From Geosiphon pyriformis uo1 (Eukaryota > Fungi > Glomeromycota), in contig JAAOMT010000521.1 in the NCBI GenBank assembly GCA_016748015.1, positions 8,098 to 72,097 of the forward strand: DNA of 64,000 nucleotides. Reading direction: 5' to 3'. Shown here piece after piece: positions 1-14,010 of this stretch (positions within the stretch are counted from its first letter, which is position 1; each line of letters begins with the position of its first letter). The notes beneath the pieces were generated by a model. The model did not search any database. It saw only the letters and a program-made list of their open reading frames with translations, and was not told the origin of the DNA. A program made the translations under genes and the position numbers.

Positions 1-113
1 CTCCTCTCAATGTGCGTGTTGTAATGCATTCCAAATATTCTCACAATATGATCATATTTACTAATTTTTGATGATGAATCAACAGATGGTTGCATTATTC
101 GCTCACGAATTAC

Positions 114-529
114 CTTGCTCTTCGTCTTTAAGTTTTTCAACTAAAAGAGCAATTCTCGTTGCTGGTCCTCCTGTTAAGCCGTATCGCATAAGTTTTTCTT
201 CGGTTAACAACAGGAAGTCTTGACCGGCAATCCTGTTAGTCTTGATTATATCGAGATCTTCTTTTATAAGGAATAACTCTTCGCTCTTTTTCTTAAGAAA
301 CTCATTAACTTGTTGCGGAGTCCACTTCTTGATCTCTTCAACTTCCTCTTTGCCCACATCGTATTGGGCAGATTCACCATCAATGCCAAAGTCCTTGAAC
401 TCTATTTTTTTCGTAGATGACAATGAGTGATTCTCCAAAAAATAATACTCGTACTAAATCTACTTTACCTTGAGTTAGTTCTGTTCTCAGGACATCTATG
501 CTTGAGTTAGACGCATCAGATGTACTAAC
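114..529 (-). CDS. Spliced SAM-domain protein gene, partial (copy 1: exon 529-469, intron 468-402, exon 401-114, next intron starts at 113); possible Crinkler-like protein with a SAM header
   Basis: Removing the GT..AG intron 468-402 joins VSTSDASNSSIDVLRTELTQ in frame to EFKDFGIDG...WTPQQVNEFL...IAGQDFLLLTEEKLMRYGLTGGPATRIALLVEKLK. This matches the SAM pattern W..V..FL / I.G..LL.LT.E.L...GL..G. A donor CAAG|GTAATT lies at 114/113. CpGs are retained, unlike in the old repeats. Confidence 0.75.
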
Positions 530-549
530 NNNNNNNNNNNNNNNNNNNN

Positions 550-1092
550 GGCGTCCATATACTAGCACACTGTTCTAAATGACGAAAAAATACATCGACG
601 TAGTCCTCTCGAGGCTTTATCAGAGTATTCTTAAATGCGTTCTTCAATACAGCATAACTTCGGTTAAATCCCTGTTTCTCGACTTCACTTCGCAGATGGG
701 ATGCTCCTGTGAAACCAGTGTCAAAATAAAAAACAAAATGGATAAGCCCAAGCCAATTTTACTATGCTCTATTCTAAGTTCATCTTTGTAACGAGTTTAT
801 GTATAACCGATAATGCTCTATTCTATGCTCCTCTCAATGTGCGTGTTGTAATGCATTCCAAATATTCTCACAATATGATCATATTTACTAATTTTTGATG
901 ATGAATCAACAGATGGTTGCATTATTCGCTCACGAATTACCTTGCTCTTCGTCTTTAAGTTTTTCAACTAAAAGAGCAATTCTCGTTGCTGGTCCTCCTG
1001 TTAAGCCGTATCGCATAAGTTTTTCTTCGGTTAACAACAGGAAGTCTTGACCGGCAATCCTGTTAGTCTTGATTATATCGAGATCTTCTTTT
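550..1092 (-). CDS. Second copy of the SAM gene: end of SAM exon (1092-941), intron 940-707, downstream exon 706-550
   Basis: Donor AG|GTAATT at 941/940 and acceptor TTTCACAG|G at 707/706 give a stop-free in-frame continuation QGASHLRSEVEKQGFNRSYAVLKNAFKNTLIKPREDYVDVFFRHLEQCASIWT up to the N gap. Confidence 0.65.
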
Positions 1093-2950
1093 NNNNNNNN
1101 NNNNNNNNNNNNNNNNNNNNNNNNNNNNNNNNNNNNNNNNNNNNNNNNNNNNNNNNNNNNNNNNNNNNNNNNNNNNNNNNNNNNNNNNNNNNNNNNNNNN
1201 NNNNNNNNNNNNNNNNNNNNNNNNNNNNNNNNNNNNNNNNNNNNNNNNNNNNNNNNNNNNNNNNNNNNNNNNNNNNNNNNNNNNNNNNNNNNNNNNNNNN
1301 NNNNNNNNNNNNNNNNNNNNNNNNNNNNNNNNNNNNNNNNNNNNNNNNNNNNNNNNNNNNNNNNNNNNNNNNNNNNNNNNNNNNNNNNNNNNNNNNNNNN
1401 NNNNNNNNNNNNNNNNNNNNNNNNNNNNNNNNNNNNNNNNNNNNNNNNNNNNNNNNNNNNNNNNNNNNNNNNNNNNNNNNNNNNNNNNNNNNNNNNNNNN
1501 NNNNNNNNNNNNNNNGATCATAAATATTTTTTAAGAAATGCCAAAAATTCATTATTTATTTATTTATTTTATTTAATAATTTATTTATAATTATTCAAAA
1601 ATAATGTAAAATTTTTTATTAATTTAAAACAATTAATTAACAAAGTTAAATATTTATTAATATATGTTAAAAATATTTAAGTAAAAGTAAAACATATTTA
1701 TATGACTTAAAATATTATTTATAATAAAAATAAACCAAAATAAAAGTTAAAAAAACGTTTTTAATATATATATAATTATATAAATTCTTAAATATTTTAA
1801 AAAATTACATATTTTTAAAAAATTTATATTAATATATTATTATTTTTTTATATTAATCAAAAAAAATCTTTTTTTTTATTTTTTTAATAAGTAAAATTTA
1901 AATATAACTTAATATAAAACATTAAATTAATTAATCTAAACTAAATATAAATTATGTATTTTTTATATATAATCAATTATTTGAACTAGTTAAAACAATA
2001 TTATATATTTATTATAACATTAATAAAATTATTAATATTTGCAAAAAATAAGCACAACTTATATAATCCAAAACAAATACCAAAAAATTCAGCAACTTTT
2101 AACAATTAAATAATATTATTAGAAAATATTAGCAATAATTTAAGAAATATAGAAGACAAAAAATTATTACAAATTATGAAGTCATTTTTTTTATAATAAC
2201 TTTATACTTAAATTAAACCAATTAAATTTTATTATAATAAGATATTCTTAAACTATACACAAAATTCATAATTTTATTAAAAGCCAATTTAAAATTTTAA
2301 AATCTAAAAAAGCTTTTATGTACCAATTTTTAAAAATACAACTTTTGTTTAAAATACTATAAAAAATATTATTAAAATTATATAATAATAGTAATTATAT
2401 AATATACAAAAAAAACTAGTTAAGATTTAATATAAAATTTTATAAAGTTATATATAATTTTAGCAATTTTATATAAATACTAAGATTTGTTCTATAGAAA
2501 AAATAATAATCTGAAAATCAAACTTTTTTATAAAATAAACATAAAATATTAAAATACTTTTTATTATATAAATATTTATAAATAATAATAAATAAATAAG
2601 AATTATAAAATAAAAACACAAATTAACTATAATTTTATTTATATATTTAATAATTATATAAAAATTTAAATATTAAACCAAAGAAAACTTGATCTAATTA
2701 ATATTTTTTGACAAAGTTTTATTAATAATTACAATATTTAATCTAGCTTTTTATAGAAAACAACCAATAAACTTAAAAATATTGTGAATAAAATACTAAA
2801 TTTTATCAAAAACAATTATATTACTAATCAGAAATTTAAAATAACAAAAAAAACTTCTTTTTTTCTTTCATTCCAAATTTCCAAAAAGAGTCAAAAAGTT
2901 TTTTTTGAAAAAAGTTTTTAACAATTCAGTACAATAAATCCAAACTATTT

Positions 2951-4789
2951 TTGCTTAATTATAAAACTACAATTGGCTATAGTATTGCTGTTATGAATAA
3001 GTTTGTTAAAAGCTCTGGTTCTGATATAAGTAGTAAGAATGTTGTATACAGAAAAAAGAGAAAGAGTGGTGTTTTAAAAGATAATACTATCAAAGAAGTA
3101 GTTTTAGCTAAGAAAAAAGTTGTTGGTTTTTGGGGCTCTAATACTAGTAATATAACTAAGTTGAATAGCATTGATATGAAAGAAGAATTTTTAATGAAAA
3201 AAACCAGTATAGATTATGGTAAGAAAAATATGTTAATTGAAGGTGATTCTGATCAAACATTAAAGAAACCAAAAGTAATTACAAAAAAGATTTTGAGCTC
3301 TCTATTAAAAAAGATAAATTTTTTAGCTGTTGATAATGATGATGTTTTTTCAGATATTTCTGTGGTCCTCTCTTCTTCTCTGAAAAATTTGGTTAATATT
3401 ACTGTCAGGAAATTATTTGCTCTGAATATTGGTCTAAACAAGATTGTTAGAAAGTCAATTCAGAAAAAGCTTATAGTAATGAAGAAATTATTTTCAAAAG
3501 TTAATGGTTTTGAAGGAGCCTTTATTTTTTCAAAATTTTCTGGGATCATCAAAGCAATATTTACTTCTGAACTAAGTTTGGTATGAACTTCTGAAAAGAC
3601 TATAATTGTAAAGATTGTGGTAAATACCAATTTCAAGAAAAATACTGGACACTCAGATCAGGCTGTGGTTTTAAAAAAAATCCCAATTGGTACTTTAACT
3701 GAGGCTGTATGTACTGCACTATCCGAGTTTGGTGTTATTAAGTTGATCAAGATACAATTGTTTGGTCTCTGGCAGAAAGCTGTTGTAGAATTTGATTAAA
3801 TAGATCAAGCTGATTTGGTTACAGCTAAATGGTTTAAATTAATTGAGAAAGATACAATATAAGTTGCTAGATCAGATCTAAACAAAAAGTCTTAAAATGC
3901 AAGAGATTGACATAAAACATTGCTTTATACTCTGCTAATTGAAACTAATGCTTATGATTTATAAGATTATATCTCTTTTATGTGTGAGAAAACTTGCATT
4001 ATTGACTATTATCCAGTTAGTTATGCTTGGGTCAAGTGTGTAACTGTTTGTTTTGATTCTGCTGAATCATTAAATATTGTTATAAAAACTACACCAGTTT
4101 TAAGGAGTGTTAATTTGTGTTGGTCTTGTTTGGTTTCTTCTAAGTATGCTAAGTATAGGTATTCAGGCCATATGTCTTTAGACTGTGCTTTTGGTAGAAA
4201 ATTTTTTTTTGGTGTCTTTTATCATAAAGTGCTTTCTAAGAAGAATAAAAGCAGACTGGTATCTATTTATGCCAAATGGTTAGCATTTATTGCTTGTCTT
4301 GTTTTTTTTAGTGGTGTTTTTTGAGTAAAGATTGTTGATAGGTCTTCTTTTTTTCTTCTTCCTGCACATTATGATTCAGCTAATTCTGGTTCTTTTTTGA
4401 AGATAAAATCTCTTCTGTCTGCTGTAAATGAATTGGAATCATGTTTAATTAGCATTAAAAGCAGTTTTACCAGCCTCATGAAACAAATTAGTGAGTTGAC
4501 TAAGAAACTAGAATTACTCGTGCCAACAGTTTCTCAGCCTAGTCTTAGATATCAGCTGCTAGTGACCCTTTCATCACAGGATCAAATGAGTAATGTAGTG
4601 ATGGGAAAAGATTCAAATAAGACTACTGGTAATAAAACTGTTACAGTTTTGGGCTTTTTTGCCTTTTTTAATATAGTATAATTAAAAAACATGTTGAAAG
4701 AGCTTGCTGTTTTAGTACCAAGTCTGTTTGCATATTTTAATGGTTTGGTTTTGGCTGATGGTACACTTCCTAAATCTCTTTCTTAATAA
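2951..4789 (+). pseudogene. LINE-a ORF1 (RRM-like repeats, degenerate CCHC knuckle, C-terminal coiled coil)
   Basis: Fragments AVVLKKIPIGT..ALSEFGVIKLIKIQLFGLWQKAVVEF and (C)AK(C)RYSGHMSLDC align to LINE-b ORF1; many stops. The start position is approximate. Confidence 0.8.
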
Positions 4790-7351
4790 ATGGTTTGGTG
4801 TAGAAAATTGCTATGTGCAATATTAAAGGGATAAAAAATCTTACCAAATAGGTGGGTATTATTTATTGGCATAAGGATATGAACAATTTGGTTTCTGTTG
4901 TTACTAAAACTAAGCTAAAAGAGAAAATGCATCCATGGATTATAAACAAATTTGCTGGCATATGAGTATTTACATCTGGCTTGAATTCTGATCATTTGGG
5001 TTCTGGAGTTGCAATTATCATGAATAATTCTTTGACAAAACATATGTATAAGATAGTAGATATTCCTAACAAACTTCTTTTCATTAAATTACTTTTCAAA
5101 AATAAACTTTTTGTGTCAATTTTGGGGCTGTATGCTAAGACGTTTTTGGCAGTTTGTTTCTTTCAGGCAAGTGATATTAACTCTATAATTGTGAAAGCTA
5201 TAAATGAATTCTTTTTTGTTATCTTGAGTGGCAATTTTAATAAAGATGGTTTTTACAAGTGTGCTAGTTTCAAAAAATGCTTTGATTTAAGTTTAGTCAA
5301 TTCTTTGAGTAAAAGCTTATTAGCAAAGGTATTGTTGTAAAACAATTTTCAGAATGTTTTAAGAACAATTGATTACATGTTTGTTTCTTCAAATTTGGTT
5401 AACATAATTGTATATTATGGTGTTTTGGATGTTAACAAATATTTTGATATTAATCATTGAGCTGTTTTTGTGTTCATGGGTTTAGATAAATTGCTAAATA
5501 TACAGTTGAACTCTCTTTATAAACAGACAAACAAGAATCATTGGAAATTTAACTTTAAGGATGTGGGTGATACTGAATAAGCTAAGTTTAAGGAAGTTTT
5601 GGTGGCTAATACTGCTATGTTTTCTAATGATTTCATGATGTTTAAGAGTTTCACAGACTTAAATGTAATGTGAAATATTATTCATAAACTAATGTGTCTA
5701 TTAACTGGAAAAGTCTTTAAAAAAAAGTGGTTCAAAGACTATAATAGTGTTTTTATTAAGAAATTATTCAAGTTTTATAAGCTCAAACTTTTGGTTTCTA
5801 AAATTGTTAAAGCCTTTTAACTGGCTTTTTGTGATGAGTTTGATTTTTTGCTGGTTAAGTAAAAGAGTTTTGATGCTGTTAATATGGCTGTAGTAAAATT
5901 GCTTGTCAGTTTTGGGTTTTGTTTTGATAATATTAGATTAGCTTTAGCTAAGATCAGAAAATCTTATTGCTTTTTTAAACTGTTAGAATTCAAGTGCACC
6001 AAAAAATTTGGATCAAATTGGCTATTGATAAAAAAATAAAAAGTTTTGAATCTAATAAGGGTTATATCATCAGAAGTGTATTGGAGTAACTTTTTTGAAA
6101 AGTCATGTTAGACCATCTTGTGGTGAACAAAAAGCTGGTTTTAGAGCCCAATTTGGTTAAATTCAAGGTTGATAAGATTATGGAATGCTGGATTCAAAAG
6201 TATGAGATAGTTCTTGTTATCTCTGATGATTGGTTTTATCAATACCAACCACTAGATTACATTTTCAATAATGCTTTTTCAAATGTGATAAGTTCAATTG
6301 GTTTTGACAAAATGTTTGGTGTTATCTTAGATCTGCCTAATAGAAAAGCTGCTTGCCTTCTGGTATTTTTAATAAGTTGTAAAAACATTGCAACAAGTCA
6401 GTTCTGGACATGCTACTAATGCTTTTAAACTTTTGTTTAATGTGTGAATTAGTTCTCACCCCTTGAAAAGAGGCTTGAATTTCAATGATTTTAAAACCAT
6501 ATAAGTAGGAGAGTGTTTTTATGAATACTTATTCTATTGTCTTAATTGAAACAGCTCACAAGATTCTTTCTAAAACTCTTTTAAACAGGATTTCTTTAGC
6601 TTGCAAAGAGTTTGATGTTCTTAGAAAGAGCAATTTTTCTGTTTTGAAAAATATGACAATGCAATTTCCTATTTTTGCTATTAATTCAGTGATTGAAAAT
6701 AGCTTAGAGAAGAATTGGAAATTGTGGCTTGTTTTGTAAAATATGTGTAAGGCTTATAATTTTATTGGATGGAAGTATTTTAAGAAGAGTTTGGTTCAGA
6801 TTAAGATATATAACAAGTTTATTAGATTTTTTGTGGCATTCACAATAGTTATATTAACTGGATAATGACAGATTTTGGTTTGACTAATGAGTATCAAGTT
6901 CATAATGAGTTGGATTAGAGAAAAGTTTTTTCACCTCTTTTCTGGCACATATTTTACAATTCACTTTTGTGTAAAATTAAAAGACAAAAAAATTTGTGTG
7001 GTTACAAGTTGAATTTTTATTTTATTTTAAAGACTGAATACATAGAATCTCAAAATAGGCTGACTTTATTTCTAACTGCTAGTGCCTTTGTTGATAGCAC
7101 AATCTGGGTGGGTAGTAGTCAGGCTATTATGCAACATATTTTCAATATTGTCTGTAAATTTTTCAAAATCAATGACATTTTTATAAATAATAATAAGACT
7201 ATAGTAATTTTTATTAACTGCAAAGTTGTAAATCCTTCTTTATTGGTTAGTAGTACACCTATTTTGATTGCTAAATAGGGGGAATCTCATCACTATCTGG
7301 GTATCTTTTTGTCTTTTAAAGACTTGTTAAAGCCTAGCTTGGCTAAGACAC
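4786..7351 (+). pseudogene. LINE-a ORF2 part 1: APE endonuclease and reverse transcriptase
   Basis: KIAMCNIKG, GSGVAII, ILSGNFN, TIDYMF, SIVLIETAHKILSK, LWLVL.NMCKAY, AFVDSTIWVG, YLGIF. Confidence 0.9.
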
Positions 7352-8186
7352 TGTTACTCATAGAAAATAGGGATCATAGTAGTATATATTAACCAATCAA
7401 AAGTAAACATAGTAAAAGAGAGAATTCTAGGATTTCTCTCAAAGGAATTATAGAATTCCAGAAATTACAGAATTCTTATATGAGAAATTACAGGATTCCA
7501 GAATTTTAGGATTCTTCTTGAGAAATTGCAAAATTTTAAGAATTCCAGAATTTCTGGCAGAAAGAATAAAAGAATTAAGAAATCTTAAATATGTATATAT
7601 AGTAGTAGTATTAGAAGCAAAAAAGTTAGACCTCTTAGTTTAGATTTTATTTAAACAATTTTTTAATTCACAAATATTAATAAATAATTATTTGCTATTT
7701 CAATCCACTCTCTATTATTAACACTTCATGTTAATAGTGACTAATACTTAATCATATTGGAACAATAGCTCTTGATCATGGCTATTGACAGGATACTAAC
7801 ATTTATTGTCTTGGCTTATTTTTTTATTTTCTTTTATTTTATTTTTATTTTTTTTTGTTATTTTTTGTTGTTGATTAATTGATTAAAAATTAAGCACTAA
7901 GTTATTGATGTTACAAATAGCCTGGTAAAAAACCCAAATAGAAGAGTACAGAGTGAAAATTGGATAGCTTACCAGAAAGACATGACTGCCAGAATAAACT
8001 GGCCACCAAGCTAAAAAAAAAAATTGGGAGACTTATCACAAAAAAATTGTACATCATCTAATCTCTGTTCATTATACAAAAAACTCCAACTTAAAACCTT
8101 CAGATATTACCAATTTTATTGAGTGAATTAACACCAAGTTACAGATTTGTTATTTAATTTGAGACTCCAAATAATCATCTATAACA
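7352..8186 (+). repeat. 5' LTR of element A
   Basis: Direct repeat of 14504-15281; TATATATA box near 7594; followed by TTTGGTGCTCC. Confidence 0.9.
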
Positions 8187-8206
8187 TTTGGTGCTCCTTG
8201 TAAAAT
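8187..8206 (+). promoter_or_regulatory. Primer-binding site of A (TGGTGCTCCTTGTAA; tRNA ending ...GGAGCA-CCA, identity uncertain)
   Basis: TGG starts 2 nt after the LTR end; the same PBS occurs in element B. Confidence 0.75.
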
Positions 8207-8250
8207 ATAATCCAACAAAGAACCAATACCAACAGCAACCATTTGAAACA

Positions 8251-11200
8251 GTGGCAGAATCTGAAGAAACAGAGACAAACTACTTGGAATTTGCAAAATC
8301 CTTATTCCAACATTATCACACCTATCTTAAATTAACAAATAGTAATTGGCCAACAGAATTAGCTTTCAATTATTACATTAACAAAAAAATTGCATACTAC
8401 TTAGAAGGTCAAAAAGATCCAGAATCTGTTTTCAACAATTTCTTTAGTGAACTATTTCAAAGCACTATTCTCTTACAAAACTATTTATTTACATCTTTAA
8501 TCACAAAAATAAACAAGAAAATTAAGAAATACACCAAGCAAAGATTTTCTATCACTTTTGTTGACAAAGAAAAAGGAAAATTACAAACACCAGCAAGAAC
8601 TCCAAAGCAAATCCAACTACCCACTTAAAAAAAACAAAGATTTAATTCACCTGCTAATCCATCATATCATCACATATCTGGAAGTATTATCAATATAATA
8701 GGCATGTCTACAACAAATATAACAATACTACTGAACAGAATTTTGTTCCAAAGTAAACAGAAGAAAGCAGAGTTATTAGGAACATATGGTAATTATTTTG
8801 AAAGATTTAAATTGCAATTTCCAATGCCATTAGAAATTCAATCACTGCCACCACCACCAAATTTTGGAGCTATCAGTCTTTGGAAATTAACTGACTTCAA
8901 AAAAAAAAATAGCAATTAGGAAAATAATACTAAAAACCCAATCTCAAAAAACCCAAAAATTCAAAACCCAAGTGTTCTAACTCTACAAAATCAGAATAAT
9001 TTGAATCCCAACATTATTCCACAAAACTTATCTCCAGCAATCATGATCAATCCACTACCAATTATCACATCACTACCACAATTTCAGCAATAACCACTTT
9101 AACAACCACTTCAACAGCCATCCCAACAACTGCTAATTGTACTAATGGCTTATACACCAATTGTCAAGCTAGAAAAATTCACTGACAAAGAAAATAATAC
9201 ACAAGTTTGGCTCAATGACATAGTCAAAGCAATAACTACCAACAACTGGGATAATACTAGAGCAATGCAAACCATTCTGTACTTTCTACAAGATACTGCT
9301 GATTCTTGGTACCAAAATCTTGTAAACAAATCCCAAGATTTTGACATGTTTAAAGTCGCATTCCTGCAATATTTCAGTAATCATAACAGTATTAACTGCT
9401 TAGCAACTAATTTCATTACTATCAAGCAAGGAGACATTAAAACAGTCACAACTTACTTGGGATGCTTCTACTGAAATCTGCATTAAATTCAGGCTATTAA
9501 TGCAAACTACTTTACAATATTCCAGATTTTGAATCAGTTTATTTGCAAGTTGTGCAGCAGCCTAATACAATGTATATGCTTATTATATCTAGTTACTCTT
9601 CAGGATGCCATTAACCATGCTAGAGATTTAAAATCAGCTAAATTAGAAGCCAACCACACCCAAGCTGTCAATTTAGTAATAAATAGATTATCTGACTTGA
9701 ATTCAAAACTGAAACAATTAATAGAATCTATTAATCAGAAATTAGAGAGATACTTAGCTAACAATCAAGCCATTTATTAATCTCTACAACAATGCAATAA
9801 TTAAGGGAATGCAAATCATTTCCAACATTAGTTGTATCCATTATCATCTACCAATCCACAATAGCAAACTGAAATGTGGAATTGTCACTATTGTAATAAA
9901 CAAGAACACTTACAAATCAACTGTCACAACTGCTTAAATAATCAATAATTAGAAAATTAATATCAAAATCCCAATCACCAGTTTCAAATTCTGAAATATT
10001 AACCAAATTTAGAATCATATTAACCAAATTACTTATCAATAATACAGCAGCCAATTTATCAACTACCTATTTATCAAACTTCAGCACCAGTTGTTTATTA
10101 CTCACAGCCACAAATAATTTATAAACCTCAGCAAATCCAAACACTGCCACAAATAACAGTGCCTACTGGAAATCATAGATTAACAACTATTCAGCAAAAC
10201 TGGAGATTGGCAATGATGATTTATCAACCAATTCCCAGTTTATCAACTCCATAATTAAGACCATGTCAACAAAATTTGGGAATGGAGTATGCCCAAAACC
10301 TGAATTCTCAGAACTATTTAAGCCTTCTTGTAATCTCAGAAAATACCCAAACCAATAATTAAGAAACTAACCAAATGCTATATACCAATAACATTCTACC
10401 AGCAACTATTACTAATGATGAATTTTTAGCAGCAATTTTTTTCTTCAAAATTGAGGAACCAACTGAAGTACTTTTTTTTAGTGGAGCTGTCCTTGATGTG
10501 AAACCTATTACCATAATGTACACTAATACTAAAGTTAATAGTCAGTTCATCAAACTGATCCTTAATAGTAGATTAGCAGACAGCATCATTACATAACAAC
10601 TTATAGACCAACTAGGTTGCCAAGTTGATTGTACTGTTAGCACCAGAATTATTACAGCTGATGGAGCAACCATAACTTCTATTGGCAAAATTGACAACTT
10701 TTTTTTTGAAATCAACGGCATTATAGCTCCCATCAAAGTCTTGGTAATAGAAGCAACCCAATATTAAACATTAGTTGGCAATAACTGGTTGTCTAAAACC
10801 AACACAGTGTTTAATTGAACCATACAGGAGCTTCAACTCAATCAAAATAGTTAGCACACATGTGTACCAGCCATGTGTGGCCACTTTTGAACAAACACTA
10901 CACCAACACCACTCATAGAATTAGAAGAAAAAGAAAACAAACCTACCTGAAAAGCCTATCAAGTCTTGTGAGCTGACACTAATTACAACAAACTGTCATT
11001 AGTACTCTTTTGAGATAACAAAAAAAAAAGAAAAAAAAAACCCCCTGAAAAAATCACAGCCATAGAAGAAATAACCAGTAATTAGGAATAATCATACTCA
11101 TACAAACCACTGAAACAGCCACTATACATTCCTTTTAAATGCCAAGATTGCAGCAAGAAACTATTTTTCATGGAAGCATAGATAGCACTTGATAAAAACT

Positions 11201-14010
11201 ACTGGACCAGAACACATTATTATTGTAAGTCATGTTATAGAAAATGCTATGACTATCCAAAAAGACAGAACAAGTGGAACAACAAACTATGTCTTGCTTG
11301 TAGTGAACAATTACTCAATAAGAGAATATGGAACAACATTCCTGGTCAAAGAGAAATGTGTAACAGTTTATGTCAATACATAATTCTTATAAGTAACTGA
11401 ATCAGTTACAGCATATCTATTACTGCCACATGACACTGAGTAATTTCTCACTTGAATGACTATTCACACAATAGAAATAAGATTTGGTAAATGACCAATG
11501 CCAAAGTAGAAGATGCTTTGTCCAGTAAGATCTTAAAGATAAAGAACAATCCTTCAAAACTAGTTGATATCATTCTTATTTCCAATCTAGATGCATTTTT
11601 AGATATAGAGACAGATTTAGAGAAATTCTATAAGCATTACCAGAATTTGGCACCAACAAAAAAAGAGCAGGAACAGTACTTGAAAGAAATAAACACCCAA
11701 CTATGTAATCATTTTTTGATCACATGTGACTTTTAATATTGTAATGAGTGTAATTTCATTTACAATCCACCACCACACATAATCTACACAATCCTCAAAA
11801 AAGAAGAACTAATCAGCAGCTGTACATTAAAATCAAAATTAATATTCAATCTCAATTCAAACTTCAACAATGATGATGACAAAAAAATAGTTCCAGCTCT
11901 GTTTAAAATGACAATAAAAATAATGACAATTTGGACTCTGATTTAAACACAAAACAATATATTGTGCTTCTTAATCTCACCAAGAAACAGAAACTTAAAT
12001 GGTTTAGTAATAATTATGAAGGTATCATGTCAGAACACATACACAATACTGATGTAGAGTTTGATCTAAAATATTTCAGAAAAGATGTTATTAAATTGGA
12101 ATTACATGCACACATCTGTATTGATCTCAAAGTAATACTAGAAATTCCAACAACAATAATAGTTCAACTAGTATTCAAGAGTAATTTAGCAAAAAGAGAA
12201 ATCAATATCAGAGGAGGAATAATTGACATAGAAAATATAAAAAATATTATTACAATATTACAAAATAACTTAGAAAAGACATATATTATAGAGCCAAACA
12301 AAAACATAGCACAGGCAATATTTTTGCTTTTGATTAAAATAGCTTAATTAGTATTAATAAGAAACAGAAAAAAATTAGGAATTACAGCTAAAAAAATTAG
12401 TGAATTCGGATTTATGGATAGAATAGATGTACCAGTTAATATGACAGAGGAAGAAATTGTTAACAAGAGAAAAATTATTTCCACCCATTAAATAATTTCC
12501 ATTCTGCCATATAATCAGTACATATTAGCCATAGAAAAAAGAGTAAAGAACCAAGCCAAAATCTTTGAAGTGGAAACTATCAATTGTCAATCAGAAAAGA
12601 TTGGACTTATCAATCTTTACATACCAGCCAAAAGCCCAAAACATATCAAAATTTTCATCTACAACACAACAGAAAATGTCATTGAGATACCAAAAAGCAC
12701 TACTATCGGATATTTAAGCACTGAAGTTGAAAAACAACACCAAATTCTATTCCAAATTTTCTACAACTGTGTGGATATGTGGATATTATATCACAAACAA
12801 TATACAGATGAAAAAAATGTTATCTGCTCCAACCAAAACAATTGGAACAGATGAACTTGAGAAATCTAGACCCATTACAATATATGTAGCTTAAAATATT
12901 ACTTGGCAACTTTAACAACATCTTTGCCAGTAAAAATAAATTTGGCAAAACTAACATAATACAACATCAGATTAAGACTAGAGATATGATACTAATCAAA
13001 CAGAAAGCATACTAAATATCACCAGCAAGCCATAAAATCATCTGACAAGAGATCAATTAAATGTTAGACAATGAGTTAATTCAATCATCAATGAGTCTAT
13101 GATTATTATCAGTGGTACTAGTCCATAAGAAAAATAGAAAAATCTGCTTTTGTGTAGATTACTGAAAACTTAATAGAGTAACAAAAAGAGACAACTATCT
13201 AACTTCAAAGATTCAAGAACTTTTCAATATTTTTGGAGGAAAAAAATGGTTTTTAACTTTGAACTTAGACAGTAGTTACTGGCAAGTAGCCATAAATCCA
13301 GCTGATAAAGAAAAAACTGCATTTACAACTAGAAAAAAAAATTTTGAATTTGAAGTAATGCCATTTGGCTTAATGAATGCTTCAGCAACATTCCAATAGC
13401 TTATGAAAATTGTTTATACTAGACTGTTATGAAAATTAGTAGTTGTATATTTGGATAATATCAATGTGTTTTTAAAGACATTTGATAATTATTTTCATTA
13501 TTTACAGCAAGTATTTGAAAGATTAAGAAAAGCAAAGCTAAAGTTAAATGCCAACAAATATTTCTTTGAAAAAACAAAGTTGAAGTTTTTGGGACATGTT
13601 ATGAGCAAAGATGGCATTAAAACAGATTCAAACAAAATTAAAATAGTTAAGAACTTTCTAGTACTTATCAACTTGACTAAACTACAAACATTCTTGGGAT
13701 TTGTGGGTTACTACCACTATTTCATCAAAGACTTTTCTAAACTGGCTTAGCCATTATACCAGCTCTAAACAAAAAAAACCAAATATAAATAGACAAAAAA
13801 CCAGCAAGAAACTTTTAATACATTAAGAAAAAAGCTTATTCAAGCTCTAGTACTAATCTATTCAAATCATAGCAAGCCATTCATAATTACAACCAATGTG
13901 TTGAGTCAAGCATTAAGAACTGTACTATTTCAGAAAAAACCAGATGAAAAAAAACATTCAGTAGTATATGCTAGTTGTAGCTTAAATCTAACTGAAAAGA
14001 ACTATAAAAC
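8251..14010 (+). pseudogene. Element A gag-pol: capsid (~9145-9780), CCHC (~9880-9930), protease (~10500-10880), Cys-rich domain (~11130-11760), dUTPase (~11990-12430), RT (~12950-13750), start of RNase H
   Basis: MAYTPIVKLEKF..WL..A...NNW, CHYCNKQEHLQINC, IL(D)S, IRGGIID, IAQAIFL, CFCVDY.KLN, VMPFGL.NA.ATFQ, YLDN, LKFLGHV, FLGFVGYY. Confidence 0.88.

Larger units (their letters stand above)
1..1092. repeat. Identical direct duplication, 1-265 = 828-1092, bounded by N gaps (probable assembly artefact or very recent tandem duplication)
   Basis: No differences seen by eye; N runs at 530-549 and 1093-1515. Confidence 0.85.

Noticed and set aside
1047-1590. Long ORFs made of X (also 41148-41723)
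   Set aside because: They span N gaps and are artefacts.
13448-13459. RT motif YLDN in both A and B as a variant active site
   Set aside because: GAC-GAC or GAT-GAT to GAT-AA(C/T) is exactly the prevailing transition, so it is most likely decay of YLDD.
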